Assembly (NCBI RefSeq): GCF_000020025.1
Contig: NC_010628.1
Location: forward strand, 1,800,001 to 1,832,000
Origin: Nostoc punctiforme PCC 73102
Lineage (GTDB): Bacteria > Cyanobacteriota > Cyanobacteriia > Cyanobacteriales > Nostocaceae
DNA: 32,000 nucleotides
Reading direction: 5' to 3'
The notes beneath the pieces are model-generated. The model was not told where the DNA came from. It searched no databases and saw only the letters and a list, made by a program, of their open reading frames with translations. Within the stretch, counting starts at the first letter, position 1. Each line of letters begins with the position of its first letter. Shown one piece after another: positions 8,562 to 18,229 of the stretch. The position numbers and the translations under genes are program-made.

Positions 8562-9291
8562 TTATTTACGTTTGGTAATTAGCCAACCTAAAGCGATAAA
8601 TACCACGGTAGCAATGATGCTTAAAGTTAACGATGCGTAAAGGGGATATTTTTGTACTAACGGCAGATTAATTTTATCAATATGTGTTGTGAATACACCA
8701 GAGGCGATGTCTACGACGGGCTACGCCTACGCACCACCGCCAAAGCCTATACCTAATATCTGGATTGTGTTTTCTAAGGAGCGATCGCGCTCACTTTGTT
8801 CTGTTTCTACTATACCTCGGATAGTATCAACGAATTGTCCAAACAATTCTTGACCTGGAGTCAGATAGTTAATATCTGTTTGGATTTGTTCTCGCCATTT
8901 CTTACATTCATTCTTTGTTGAAAAAATCTTGCCAGAATTTGGGTCTATTTCCGTTACCAATAGTTTTAATCTGATCTAAGCAAATTTTGTAGTTAATAAT
9001 ATTAGTAGTAATTGATGTGTGGTGTGTTTGTAAATCTTGTAAGCATCTGGTGTAATCAAAGCTTTTTTTGTGAATTTCTCCCATTAAGCTTTTTAAGCCA
9101 GATAATTGTGTTTGATTTTTAGATATCAGGCTGTTAAATTCTTGAATTTTATTTTCTAAATCGCTATAAATTGTTCTCGCATCTCGGTAGCGTTGACGCA
9201 AGAGATTAGCATCTGTCACAACTTCACCGGGAAGTTCAGTTAGGGTGTGGCGGAGATGAAAAGCATAAAGGCTGAGGCTGAAATTTTTCAC
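8562..9291 (-). pseudogene. Disrupted gene for a coiled-coil protein with a C-terminal membrane anchor (function unknown)
   Basis: ORFs 8908-9291 and 8727-8960 overlap in different frames, so there is a frameshift within about 8908-8970. The frame of the second ORF continues past two in-frame TAG codons (8727-8729, 8721-8723). It reads through to ...IDKINLPLVQKYPLYASLTLSIIATVVFIALGWLITKRK and the stop at 8562-8564. Confidence 0.55.
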
Positions 9292-9559
9292 TATTTTGGC
9301 TAAGATTTTTATTGTAAATTGTAGCTTTGGTTAAGAGGATGTTTGAAAAGTCATGATTGATGCATAAAATTTTTTTACCCCACCCTAACCCTCCCCTTAT
9401 AAAGGGGAGGGAACTAGATAGATTTCTTTTTTCCCACCTTTCTAAAAGAAAGGTAACTAGATTTCTTTTTTCCCTCCTTTCTAAGGCATCATGTAAAAAT
9501 AACTTGAACAATTTGCTGAATGGTAAGATGATCAGAATGTAACCGAATTAAAGGCTTAT

Positions 9560-10790
9560 ATGTCTGATAAGCAGGTAGTAGAAAGCATTCAAGACAAGTA
9601 CGATTCGTTATCGCCTTATTTGAATGAGAAAACACGGCGTATTTGGGCAGCAATTGAAGCCCGAAGCCTGGGCTGGGGAGGCGTGAGTCAGGTTGCGCTC
9701 GCAACTGGACTATCCCGGACTACAATCCATGCTGGGATACGGTTATTGTTAGACGCTTCGGGGGAAAAAACCTCGAATGATGATAGTAATCGAATTCGTT
9801 CGTCAGGTGCTGGACGTAAACTACTTGAAGAAAAAGACGCAATGCTGCTATCAGATTTAGAATCGCTGATTGAACCAGTGACACTGGGAGACCCAGAATC
9901 TCCTCTAAAATGGACTTCTAAAAGTGTTGTGAAACTGGCTGCGGCATTAAACATTGGGGGACATAGGACTAGTCCTAAAAGTGTTTATAACTTACTTGAA
10001 TCGCTTGGCTACAGCTTACAATCAAATCGTAAAACCCGTGATGGCTCATCTCATCCAGATAGAGATGATCAGTTTTTACATATTTCCAACCAAGTCTTGC
10101 ACTTTCAATCCCAGAACGAACCCGTATTTCAGTTGATACAAAAAAAAAGAATTAATTGGAGATTTTAAAAATTCTGGAACCGAGTGGTGTGAAAAGGAAC
10201 AGCCAATTGAGGTGAAAATGCATGATTTTGTTGACCCCAAGTTGGGCAAGGCAATTCCCTACGGAATTTATGACTTAACCTCAAATCAAGGATGGGTAAA
10301 TGTTGGCATTGACCACGATACCGCAGAGTTTGCAGTCGAGTCTATTCGTCATTGGTGGTACTCAATGGGTAAACAAGTTTATCCCAGCAGTGAGCATATA
10401 ATGATTACGGCTGATTGCGGTGGTAGCAATAGTTATCGCTCACGATTGTGGAAATTGAAGTTACAAGAATTAGCAACTGATACTGGTAAAACTATTCATG
10501 TGTGTCATTTTCCTCCAGGCACAAGTAAATGGAATAAGATTGAGCATCGCTTGTTTTGTCACATTACCCAAAACTGGCGAGGCAGACCATTAACTAGCTT
10601 GCAAGTTGTGATTAATCTAATTCGCAATACTACCACCACACAAGGATTAGAAGTTGAAGCTAGATTAGATCCAAATCTCTACAAAACGGGAATCAAGGTT
10701 ACAGACCAAGAGCTTGATACTATCGCAATCGAACGAAATTCTTTTCATGGTGAGTGGAACTATATTATCAAACCCAAAGTAGTCAGTTAA
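9560..10790 (+). pseudogene. ISAzo13-family DDE transposase, frameshifted
   Basis: ORF 9560-10168 (SPYLNEKTRRIWAAIEARSLGWGG..HPDRDDQF) and ORF 10212-10790 (KAIPYGIYD..GIDHDTAEFAV..CHFPPGTSKWNKIEHRLF..FHGEWNY) are the N- and C-halves of one ISAzo13-type transposase. The family motif ISVDTKKK reads only in the third frame (10126-10149), between the two ORFs. This implies two 1-nt lesions, one of them in the A9 run at 10140-10148. Confidence 0.8.
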
Positions 10791-10920
10791 TTGTTCAATT
10801 TATTTTTACATAACTCCTAAGGGGGGATTAAGGGGGGGGTAATTCGACTTGTGTATACACCATAGCTTATAAAAGTGAGGGAATTAGATGTTCTAGTTTC
10901 CCCTTTCTAATGTTATTTTG

Positions 10921-11172
10921 GCGTTCGCATTTGCTGATATAGCGTTCGCATTTGTTGATTTAGCGTTCGCATTTGCTGATTTGGCGTTCGCATTTGCTGA
11001 TATAGCGTTCGCATTTGTTGATTTGGCGTTCGCATTTGCTGATATAGCGTTCGCATTTGTTGATTTAGCGTTCGCATTTGCTGATTTAGCGTTCGCATTT
11101 GCTGATTTGGCGTTCACATTTGCTGATATAGCGTTCGCATTTGTTGATTTGGCGTTCGCATTTGCTGATTGC
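10921..11172. repeat. Tandem array, 12 contiguous copies of a 21-bp unit GCGTTCGCATTTGYTGATWTR
   Basis: I counted the units by hand starting at 10921, with period 21. The variants are C/T at unit position 13, ATA/TTA/TTG at positions 19-21, and one G>A in unit 10. Every ATA-ending unit is followed by a GTTGAT unit. Confidence 0.95.
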
Positions 11173-11338
11173 ACTTATTCTCAAACAAGAAATCGATATA
11201 AAAAATGAGTAAAAATACAGACAAACTCGTAATTATTTCGTTGAACTTTTAATGAAATAAATCCACAAAACTACCCATCTCAGGCAAAAGGATACTCCAC
11301 TATGTTGAAAAAGGAATTCTTAAAAAAAAGGATATCTC

Positions 11339-11776
11339 ATGTCTTTAAGAACTCGTGGTTCTGCTGCTGTTGACAAAGCCCAACTTCGTCTCGCCTTGCT
11401 TAAATCCGTTGATGAAAATCTTGATTTAGGACATGGATTAAGCATTGAAGCCTACAACCACCTCATTAACACTACCCGTGCGACGTTAGAAGCTCATAAC
11501 ACGCTTGTATCCAATCTTGAAGAATCGCGTAAAACAATCACCCAGATGGATAAAGCCCTCTCCGAAATGTCTGAACGAATGCTAAGTGGAGTTGCAACTA
11601 TCTACGGCAGAAACAGCATACAGTATTCCAAAGCTGGCGGCTCTAATGGAAAAAGAAATAAAAAATCTAGTTCAAAAGTTGCTCCAGTTGTAGCGGTTCT
11701 TCCCACTCAACCGGCTCAAGCTGCAATTGCGAATGCGTCAACTAACGGTAACGGCAAAACTCTTTTGCTGCAATAA
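11339..11776 (+). CDS. Hypothetical protein (helical N-terminal part, basic Lys/Ser-rich tail)
   Basis: 145-aa ORF with ATG preceded by aaggat about 9 nt upstream. I do not recognise a family. Confidence 0.5.
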   Translation: MSLRTRGSAAVDKAQLRLALLKSVDENLDLGHGLSIEAYNHLINTTRATLEAHNTLVSNLEESRKTITQMDKALSEMSERMLSGVATIYGRNSIQYSKAGGSNGKRNKKSSSKVAPVVAVLPTQPAQAAIANASTNGNGKTLLLQ

Positions 11777-11837
11777 TCCACTTGATCGCATAAATATAGT
11801 GCCGTGTCAAGCTTAAATTTGTGCATTAAATGTAAGT

Positions 11838-11918
11838 TGGGTTTCGACTGCGCTCAACCCTCAGCCATCGAGAGTTGAGCGCAGCGATGCACTGAGCGCA
11901 GTCGAAGTGTCGAAACTC
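11838..11918. repeat. Nested small dispersed hairpin repeat
   Basis: The left arm tttcgactgcgctcaac (11842-11858) can pair with gttgagcgcag (11874-11884) or with ctgagcgcagtcgaag (11892-11907). In addition, gtcgaaac (11909-11916) pairs with gtttcgac (11841-11848). Confidence 0.65.
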
Positions 11919-12071
11919 GGTTTACTAGTACTTTATTTTCACGCAAGTCCCTTAACGAAAATTCAAGGTAGAGAGAGGTTTATCAAACTCGCTCTCAAAT
12001 AGCAAATTTTGGTTTTCAGGCTATCTCCTATAATTAATAAAACCTGCACACCTAATTCTAGGCATGAGACT

Positions 12072-14951
12072 GTGACCGAATCAGGAAGTTACAAAGATAC
12101 TGTAAACCTACCCAAGACTAGCTTTGATATGCGGGCAAACGCCATCAAGCGCGAGCCTGAAATCCAAAAATTTTGGGAAGAAAATAAAATTTACGATCGC
12201 CTCTTTGAAAATAACCCCGGCGAATTATTTATACTGCACGATGGGCCTCCCTACGCTAATGGCTCACTCCATATTGGTCATGCCTTAAATAAAATTCTCA
12301 AAGATATTATTAATCGCTACCAAATGTTACGAGGGCGTAAAGTTCGCTACGTTCCTGGTTGGGATTGTCACGGTTTGCCAATTGAGTTAAAAGTTTTGCA
12401 GAACATGAAGTCAGCAGAACGACAAAATTTAACGCCTTTACAACTACGGCAGAAAGCGAAAGAATTTGGACTAGCTACGGTAGATAACCAGCGCCAAAAT
12501 TTTAAACGCTATGGTATTTGGGGTGATTGGGACAACCCTTATCTAACTCTGAAGCCGGAATATGAAGCGGCTCAAATTGGCGTGTTTGGTCAGATGTTCT
12601 TAAAAGGCTACATCTATCGCGGTTTGAAGCCGGTTCACTGGAGTCCTAGCTCTAAAACTGCTTTGGCTGAAGCTGAGTTGGAATATCCAGAAGGTCACGT
12701 TTCCCGCAGTATCTATGCAGCTTTTCCAGTTACAAGTTTGGCGGAAGCTGTAAAACCACTGTTGGCGGAATATCAGTCAGATTTGGGTGTGGCTATTTGG
12801 ACAACTACACCTTGGACAATTCCGGGGAATTTGGCTGTGGCAGTGAATGCAGATTTGAACTATGCAGTAGTGGAGGTTTCCCAGTCAGAGGCGCAGAGCA
12901 AGTTTAAATACCTCATCGTTGCAGCTGATTTAGTCGAACGGTTATCTTCAACGTTGGGACTTGAGTTAACTCTCAAAGCCACTTTTAAGGGGAATGACTT
13001 AGAACATACTACTTATCGTCATCCTCTATTTGACCGCGAAAGTCCGATTGTCGTTGGTGGTGATTACATTACTACTGAATCGGGTACTGGGTTGGTACAT
13101 ACCGCGCCCGGTCATGGTCAAGAAGACTACATCGTTGGTCAGCGCTACGGTTTACCCATCCTTGCACCAGTGGATGACAACGGCAATTTTACCCAAGAGG
13201 CGGGAGAGTTTGCTGGGTTGAATGTGCTGGGTGATGGGAATCAGGCGGTGATTGATGCACTGGCTGCGGCTGGTTCTTTGTTGAAAGAAGAACCATACCC
13301 CCACAAATATCCTTATGATTGGCGCACTAAGAAGCCGACGATTTTCCGCGCTACTGAACAATGGTTTGCTTCCGTGGAAGGATTTAGAGAAGAAGCACTA
13401 AAGGCGATCGCAACTGTAAAATGGATTCCAGCCCAAGGTGAAAATCGGATCACGCCAATGGTAGCGGAACGTTCCGATTGGTGTATTTCTCGTCAGCGGA
13501 GTTGGGGTGTACCCATTCCCGTTTTCTACGACGAAGCCACGGGTGAACCACTGCTGAATGAAGAAATTATCAACCACGTCCAAGGAATCATCGCCGAAAA
13601 AGGTTCCGATGCTTGGTGGGAACTTTCAGTTGAGGAGTTATTACCGGAATCTTATCGCCAAAATGGTAAGTCTTACCGCAGAGGTACAGACACAATGGAT
13701 GTATGGTTTGATTCTGGCTCATCTTGGGCATCTGTCGTCCAACAGCGTCCAGAGTTACGCTACCCGGCTGATATATATTTGGAAGGTTCCGACCAACATC
13801 GTGGTTGGTTTCAGTCAAGCTTGCTCACCAGTGTAGCGGTAAATGACATTGCACCTTACAAAACTGTGCTAACTCACGGCTTTGCTTTGGACGAACAAGG
13901 CCGGAAAATGAGCAAGTCAGAAGGAAATGTGGTTGACCCAAATACAATCATTGAAGGTGGGAAAAATCAAAAAGTAGAACCGGCTTACGGTGCAGATGTC
14001 TTGAGATTGTGGGTATCATCGGTAGACTACTCCGGCGATGTCCGCATTGGTAAAAACATCATCAAGCAGATGAATGATGTTAGAGGCAAGATTCGCAATA
14101 CGGCGCGGTTCTTGTTGGGTAGCTTGGATGATTTTGACCCGGAAAAAGATACAGTTCCCTTCGAGGAATTGCCAGAACTTGACCGTTATATGCTGCACCG
14201 CATCACCGAGGTATTTGAGGAAGTTACCGAAGCCTTTGAGAGTTTCCAATTCTTCCGCTTTTTCCAAACAGTACAGAATTTCTGCGTAGTTGATTTATCT
14301 AACTTTTATTTAGATGTTGCCAAAGATAGGCTGTACATCAGTGCAAAGGATGCTTTCCGCCGTCGCAGTTGTCAAACGGTGCTGAAAATAGCTTTAGATA
14401 ATTTAGCACGAGCGATCGCACCAGTGTTATCTCACACTGCCGAAGATATCTGGCAATATCTCCCTTACAAAACACCTTACAAATCGGTATTTGAAGCCGG
14501 TTGGGTGCAGGTTGAAGAAAAATGGCGTAATCCAGAGTTAGCAGAATTTTGGTCAGAGTTACGAAAAATTCGTGATAAGGTCAACAAAACTCTAGAAATA
14601 TATCGATTGCAAAAAACAATCGGATCTTCTTTAGAAGCAAAAGTTGTGGTGCATGTCTTTGATGAGAGATTGCGTCAACGTTTACAAGCTCTCAATCCTA
14701 ATACTCACGGTTCAGTTGAAAAAAGTAATGGTGTAGATGAGTTACGTTATCTATTTTTAGCTTCTCAAGTAGAAGTGCCATCTGAACCCATTTTTGAGGA
14801 AGGAGATGATGCTGGCATATATATTCAGGTTTACAAAGCAGATGGGGAAAAATGCGATCGCTGTTGGAACTACTCTACTCATGTGGGAGAATCAGCAGAA
14901 CACCCCTTAATTTGCGAACGGTGTGTTGCAGCCTTAGCCGGAGAGTTTTAG
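12072..14951 (+). CDS. ileS: Isoleucine--tRNA ligase
   Basis: Class I signature HIGHALNK and KMSKS are present, plus a C-terminal zinc motif CDRCWNY...CERC. The N-terminus SGSYKDTVNLPKTSFDMRAN is typical of IleRS. The track ORF starts at TTG 12009. I prefer the in-frame GTG at 12072 (VTESGSYKD), but the start is uncertain. Confidence 0.95.
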   Translation: MTESGSYKDTVNLPKTSFDMRANAIKREPEIQKFWEENKIYDRLFENNPGELFILHDGPPYANGSLHIGHALNKILKDIINRYQMLRGRKVRYVPGWDCHGLPIELKVLQNMKSAERQNLTPLQLRQKAKEFGLATVDNQRQNFKRYGIWGDWDNPYLTLKPEYEAAQIGVFGQMFLKGYIYRGLKPVHWSPSSKTALAEAELEYPEGHVSRSIYAAFPVTSLAEAVKPLLAEYQSDLGVAIWTTTPWTIPGNLAVAVNADLNYAVVEVSQSEAQSKFKYLIVAADLVERLSSTLGLELTLKATFKGNDLEHTTYRHPLFDRESPIVVGGDYITTESGTGLVHTAPGHGQEDYIVGQRYGLPILAPVDDNGNFTQEAGEFAGLNVLGDGNQAVIDALAAAGSLLKEEPYPHKYPYDWRTKKPTIFRATEQWFASVEGFREEALKAIATVKWIPAQGENRITPMVAERSDWCISRQRSWGVPIPVFYDEATGEPLLNEEIINHVQGIIAEKGSDAWWELSVEELLPESYRQNGKSYRRGTDTMDVWFDSGSSWASVVQQRPELRYPADIYLEGSDQHRGWFQSSLLTSVAVNDIAPYKTVLTHGFALDEQGRKMSKSEGNVVDPNTIIEGGKNQKVEPAYGADVLRLWVSSVDYSGDVRIGKNIIKQMNDVRGKIRNTARFLLGSLDDFDPEKDTVPFEELPELDRYMLHRITEVFEEVTEAFESFQFFRFFQTVQNFCVVDLSNFYLDVAKDRLYISAKDAFRRRSCQTVLKIALDNLARAIAPVLSHTAEDIWQYLPYKTPYKSVFEAGWVQVEEKWRNPELAEFWSELRKIRDKVNKTLEIYRLQKTIGSSLEAKVVVHVFDERLRQRLQALNPNTHGSVEKSNGVDELRYLFLASQVEVPSEPIFEEGDDAGIYIQVYKADGEKCDRCWNYSTHVGESAEHPLICERCVAALAGEF

Positions 14952-15006
14952 CAAATATACCTGAGTTTAACGAACCTCTCTCTACCTTTAAATAAAGTTC
15001 AAGCCT

Positions 15007-15038
15007 TTCCCTCTCCAACTCAGAGAGGGAAAATTTTG
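15007..15038 (+). terminator. Probable intrinsic terminator of ileS
   Basis: The stem is ttccctctc (15007-15015) / gagagggaa (15023-15031) with a 7-nt loop, followed by aaattttgtg. Confidence 0.45.
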
Positions 15039-15381
15039 TGTACTAAAACCAGAGTGAGGTCTGTTCTTTTAGGTAATTATATAGACACTACCTCAACCGT
15101 ATAATTCACGTTAACTCAGGTTGTAGTCACCGTCTGAAAAAGATATTTTACGCAATACACATTATTGTTTTTTTGTAAAGCAATTAATTTCTAAGGGTAA
15201 TATACTTGTAAGCAAAAACTCAGGTGTTTTTACTGAAGCCCGCTAAGTACTTTCACCGTATCCTTTTCATGTATAGAGCCGATTTACAGTATTTTTAATA
15301 AAATATAAAGGTATGGATTAATACGTAAATTTTAGATTAAAACATCCATTAACTCAATCAAAATTTAAGAGATACAAAGAT

Positions 15382-16536
15382 ATGTCAAGTAAAGTTGCTA
15401 AAGAATTGGCAGATTTTTTGCTGCAAATAGAACAGCGATCGCAGTTTCATGCAGGCTATCCGTATAATTTAAGTTGTGATTACAGTGCGATCGGCAAATT
15501 TTTCAATCATCTGTTAAATAATGCTGGAGACCCATATATTGAGCCAGATTTTGGTCTCCATTCCCGTAAATTTGAGCAAGAAGTATTATCTTTTTTTGCT
15601 CACCTCTATAAAATTCCAGAAAATCAGTTTTGGGGTTATGTTACTGCTGGTGGAACTGAAGGTAACTTATATGGAATTTTCTTAGCAAGAGAAATCTACC
15701 CTAATGGGATTCTTTACTCATCACAAGACTCTCATTACTCAATTCCGAAAGCCGCGAAATTATTCCGCATTCAACATAATGTTGTGAATTCGCAAATTAA
15801 TGGAGAAATGAATTATGACCATTTTGAACAACTCCTTAGCGAAAATCGTCGTTATCCAGCCATCATAAATTTAAATATTGGGACTACTGTCAAAGGTGCA
15901 ATTGATAACTTAGACAAAGTTCTAGAAATTTTAGAGCGCAATCAGATAAAAGATTACTACATTCATTGTGATGCTGCACTTTCAGGGTTAATATTACCGT
16001 TTTTAGATGGCGCTCCGCAAGTTAATTTTCAAAAACCCATAGATAGTGTAGCTATTTCTGCTAAATTCATTGGTTCTCCCTTACCTTGTGGTGTAGTTTT
16101 AACTAAGAAAAAATGGGTAGAGAAAGTTGAAACAGAAATTGAATATATTGGTTCAAAAGATACAACTATTCTGGGATCTAGAAACGGTCATACTCCCCTA
16201 ATTCTCTGGTATGCAGTACAAACAAGAGGTTATGATGGATTAGCTAAAGAGGCTAAGACCTGTATTCATAATGCTCAATATCTTTTCCAACAACTTCAAA
16301 TCAGAGAATATCCATGTATGTTAAATAATTTTTCAAACACAGTAGTTTTTCAAAAACCTTCTCAAAGATTAATTAAAAAGTGGCAATTAGCAGTTTTTGA
16401 AAATTGGGCACACATGATAGTCATGCAGAATATTGTCCGGGAGAAAATCGATATTTTTATTAATGAACTATTGTTAGAACAAGGGTTACTTAATAATGCA
16501 AAAAATTTCCAGCTACAGCCAGTATTACAACATTAA
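15382..16536 (+). CDS. hdc: PLP-dependent histidine decarboxylase homologue (group II decarboxylase)
   Basis: 384 aa, collinear with Gram-negative HDC as I remember the Morganella sequence: GYPYN..DY, WGYVTAGGTEGN, SQDSHYS, NIGTTVKGAID, HCDAALSG, IGSPLPCGVV, GSRNGHTPL. The PLP-lysine region reads DSVAISAKFIG rather than ..SGHK(M/F)IG. Confidence 0.8.
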   Translation: MSSKVAKELADFLLQIEQRSQFHAGYPYNLSCDYSAIGKFFNHLLNNAGDPYIEPDFGLHSRKFEQEVLSFFAHLYKIPENQFWGYVTAGGTEGNLYGIFLAREIYPNGILYSSQDSHYSIPKAAKLFRIQHNVVNSQINGEMNYDHFEQLLSENRRYPAIINLNIGTTVKGAIDNLDKVLEILERNQIKDYYIHCDAALSGLILPFLDGAPQVNFQKPIDSVAISAKFIGSPLPCGVVLTKKKWVEKVETEIEYIGSKDTTILGSRNGHTPLILWYAVQTRGYDGLAKEAKTCIHNAQYLFQQLQIREYPCMLNNFSNTVVFQKPSQRLIKKWQLAVFENWAHMIVMQNIVREKIDIFINELLLEQGLLNNAKNFQLQPVLQH

Positions 16537-16610
16537 TGTAGATTCTCAAGTGTAATTGAATTCTCAATTTTACAAGGTATTTCTCCGAACAGAAATTGAT
16601 ACCAAATAAC

Positions 16611-18229
16611 TTATCTCTTTAAAAAGTTCTTGGAACACAAGTTAGCAGCAAGTAGCATTTCTACTTCTGCACTTTCCATAGGTCGTAAGAAAAAATACCC
16701 TTGTCCATAATCACATTGTAACGCCTTCAGTTGTGCTAATTGCTCTACAGTTTCTATACCTTCTGCTGTTACAGACATGTTTAAATTATGAGCTAATGTC
16801 ACAATTGCTCTCACAATCTCTAAATTTTCTCCTCGACTACCTATATTAGTGACGAAAGAGCGGTCAATCTTCAGGGTTTTGATTGGTAGGCGGTGTAGAT
16901 AACTCAATGATGAATAACCAGTTCCGAAATCATCTATGTGCATCTCGACATTTAGCTCTGTTAACTGAGAAAGCACAGTGGTAGCTAATTCAAAATTATC
17001 CATCAACAGGGTTTCAGTAATCTCCAACTTTAAACTGCATGGCTTCAGTCCAGTTTCTTGCAAAATATGTTTAACTTGTTTAAACACATCAGGTTGCGTT
17101 ATTTGTTTCCCAGAAAAATTTACGCTAATTGTCAGAGGTAGTGAGCTAGGAAATTTTTGATGCCATCTGTGCATTTGCTGACAGGCTTCAAAAAGCACCC
17201 ATTGCCCAATACTAACAATCATTCCAGTTTCCTCAGCCAGGGGAATAAAATCTTGAGGAGAAATAAGCCCTCGTTTTGGATGATACCAACGTATCAGGGC
17301 TTCAAATCCAATAATTTTGCCAGTTATAAGTGAAATAATTGGCTGGTAATTAAGGCGAAATTCTTTTTGCTTAAGCAGTGCATTTCGCAAAGCAGTTTCT
17401 AACTCTAATAGCAAAGATGCACCCTCGTACATCTTTTGGTCAAAGACCTCATAGCGTGCTTTGCCAAGTGATTTGGCGCGGTACATTGCAACATCGGCAT
17501 CGCGGAGAATATGCGCTGATTGTTCATAATCTGGTTTACTTAAAGCGATGCCGATACTAGCATTAGTAAATACCAGATGCTCATTTAATTCAAATGGCAA
17601 AGCTAGCACCTTTTTAATTCGCTCGGCTACCTGTATGGCGATGTCAATATCCTCAATGTCCTCAATTAAGATAGTGAACTCGTCTCCACCAAAGCGGGCA
17701 ACTATGTCTCCGGTTCGCAGAACTGACTTTAACCGATGGGAAATTGCAATCAAAAGTTGATTTCCTAGTAGATGTCCCAGGCTGTCGTTAACAACTTTAA
17801 AGCGGTCTAGGTCTAAAAAGAGTACGGCAAATAAATAATTATTTTGCTGTTTAGTACGTTCTATTGCTTGCTGGACTCGCTCCATAAATAATCGTTGATT
17901 AGGTAAGCCAGTTAGTCCGTCATGAAGACTATTGTGAAGTAATTGCTCTTGTGCTTGTTGACGCTTGATAATGTCTTGTTCTAGTTGTTGATTTACTCTG
18001 ATAAGTTCAACGGTGCGTTCTAGAACCAGTTTTTCAAGCTGATAACGATATTGAATTAATTCTTCCTCTACTAACTTACGCTTAGTGATGTCACGGATAA
18101 TAACAACATACTCCCGAAGCTGAGAATTAAATGGCTGGGAAATAGTCGATTCAACAATTCTTAGACCTTGATTTATTTTTAAAGTTTGCTCAGTTCTGAT
18201 AGACCATTGCTTTGGTTTGCCGTGATAGC
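16611..18229 (-). pseudogene. 3' part of an IS-split signalling gene: C-terminal half of PAS, then GGDEF and EAL domains
   Basis: The reading frame is open from the IS boundary (18229) through the track ORF 16611-17885. GGDEF is intact (RFGGDEFTIL). EAL motifs are intact (GFEALIRW, DDFGTGYSSLSYL, KIDRSF, EGIET..QGYFF). Confidence 0.85.

Larger units (their letters stand above)
8384..10861. mobile_element. Candidate boundaries of an ISAzo13-family element or composite (very tentative)
   Basis: There is a perfect 16-bp inverted repeat: ggtgtatacacaagtc (8384-8399) and gacttgtgtatacacc (10846-10861). C-rich/G-rich runs lie just inside each copy. The transposase remnant lies inside. No target duplication is seen, and 2478 bp is larger than I expect for this family. 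Confidence 0.3.

Noticed and set aside
9236-9704. ORFs 9236-9511 (-), 9357-9542 (+) and 9489-9704 (-).
   Set aside because: They run through dispersed-repeat DNA (the ggagggaactagat...tttctaa units at about 9395-9485) or antisense to the transposase 5' end. They have low-complexity translations.
10921-11172. CRISPR array.
   Set aside because: The units are contiguous with no spacers, are 21 bp long and are non-palindromic. No cas genes are in the window.
10893-11208. Track ORFs 10893-11174 (-), 10913-11098 (-) and 10918-11208 (+) as protein-coding genes.
   Set aside because: They exist only because the 21-bp unit lacks stops in four of six frames. Their starts are non-ATG where I checked, and no frame is favoured by the variant pattern. 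I report the region as a repeat, with coding status open.
12009-12071. A 21-codon N-terminal extension of ileS from TTG 12009.
   Set aside because: The extension (MVFRLSPIINKTCTPNSRHET) is not IleRS-like. Conserved IleRS sequence begins right after the in-frame GTG at 12072.
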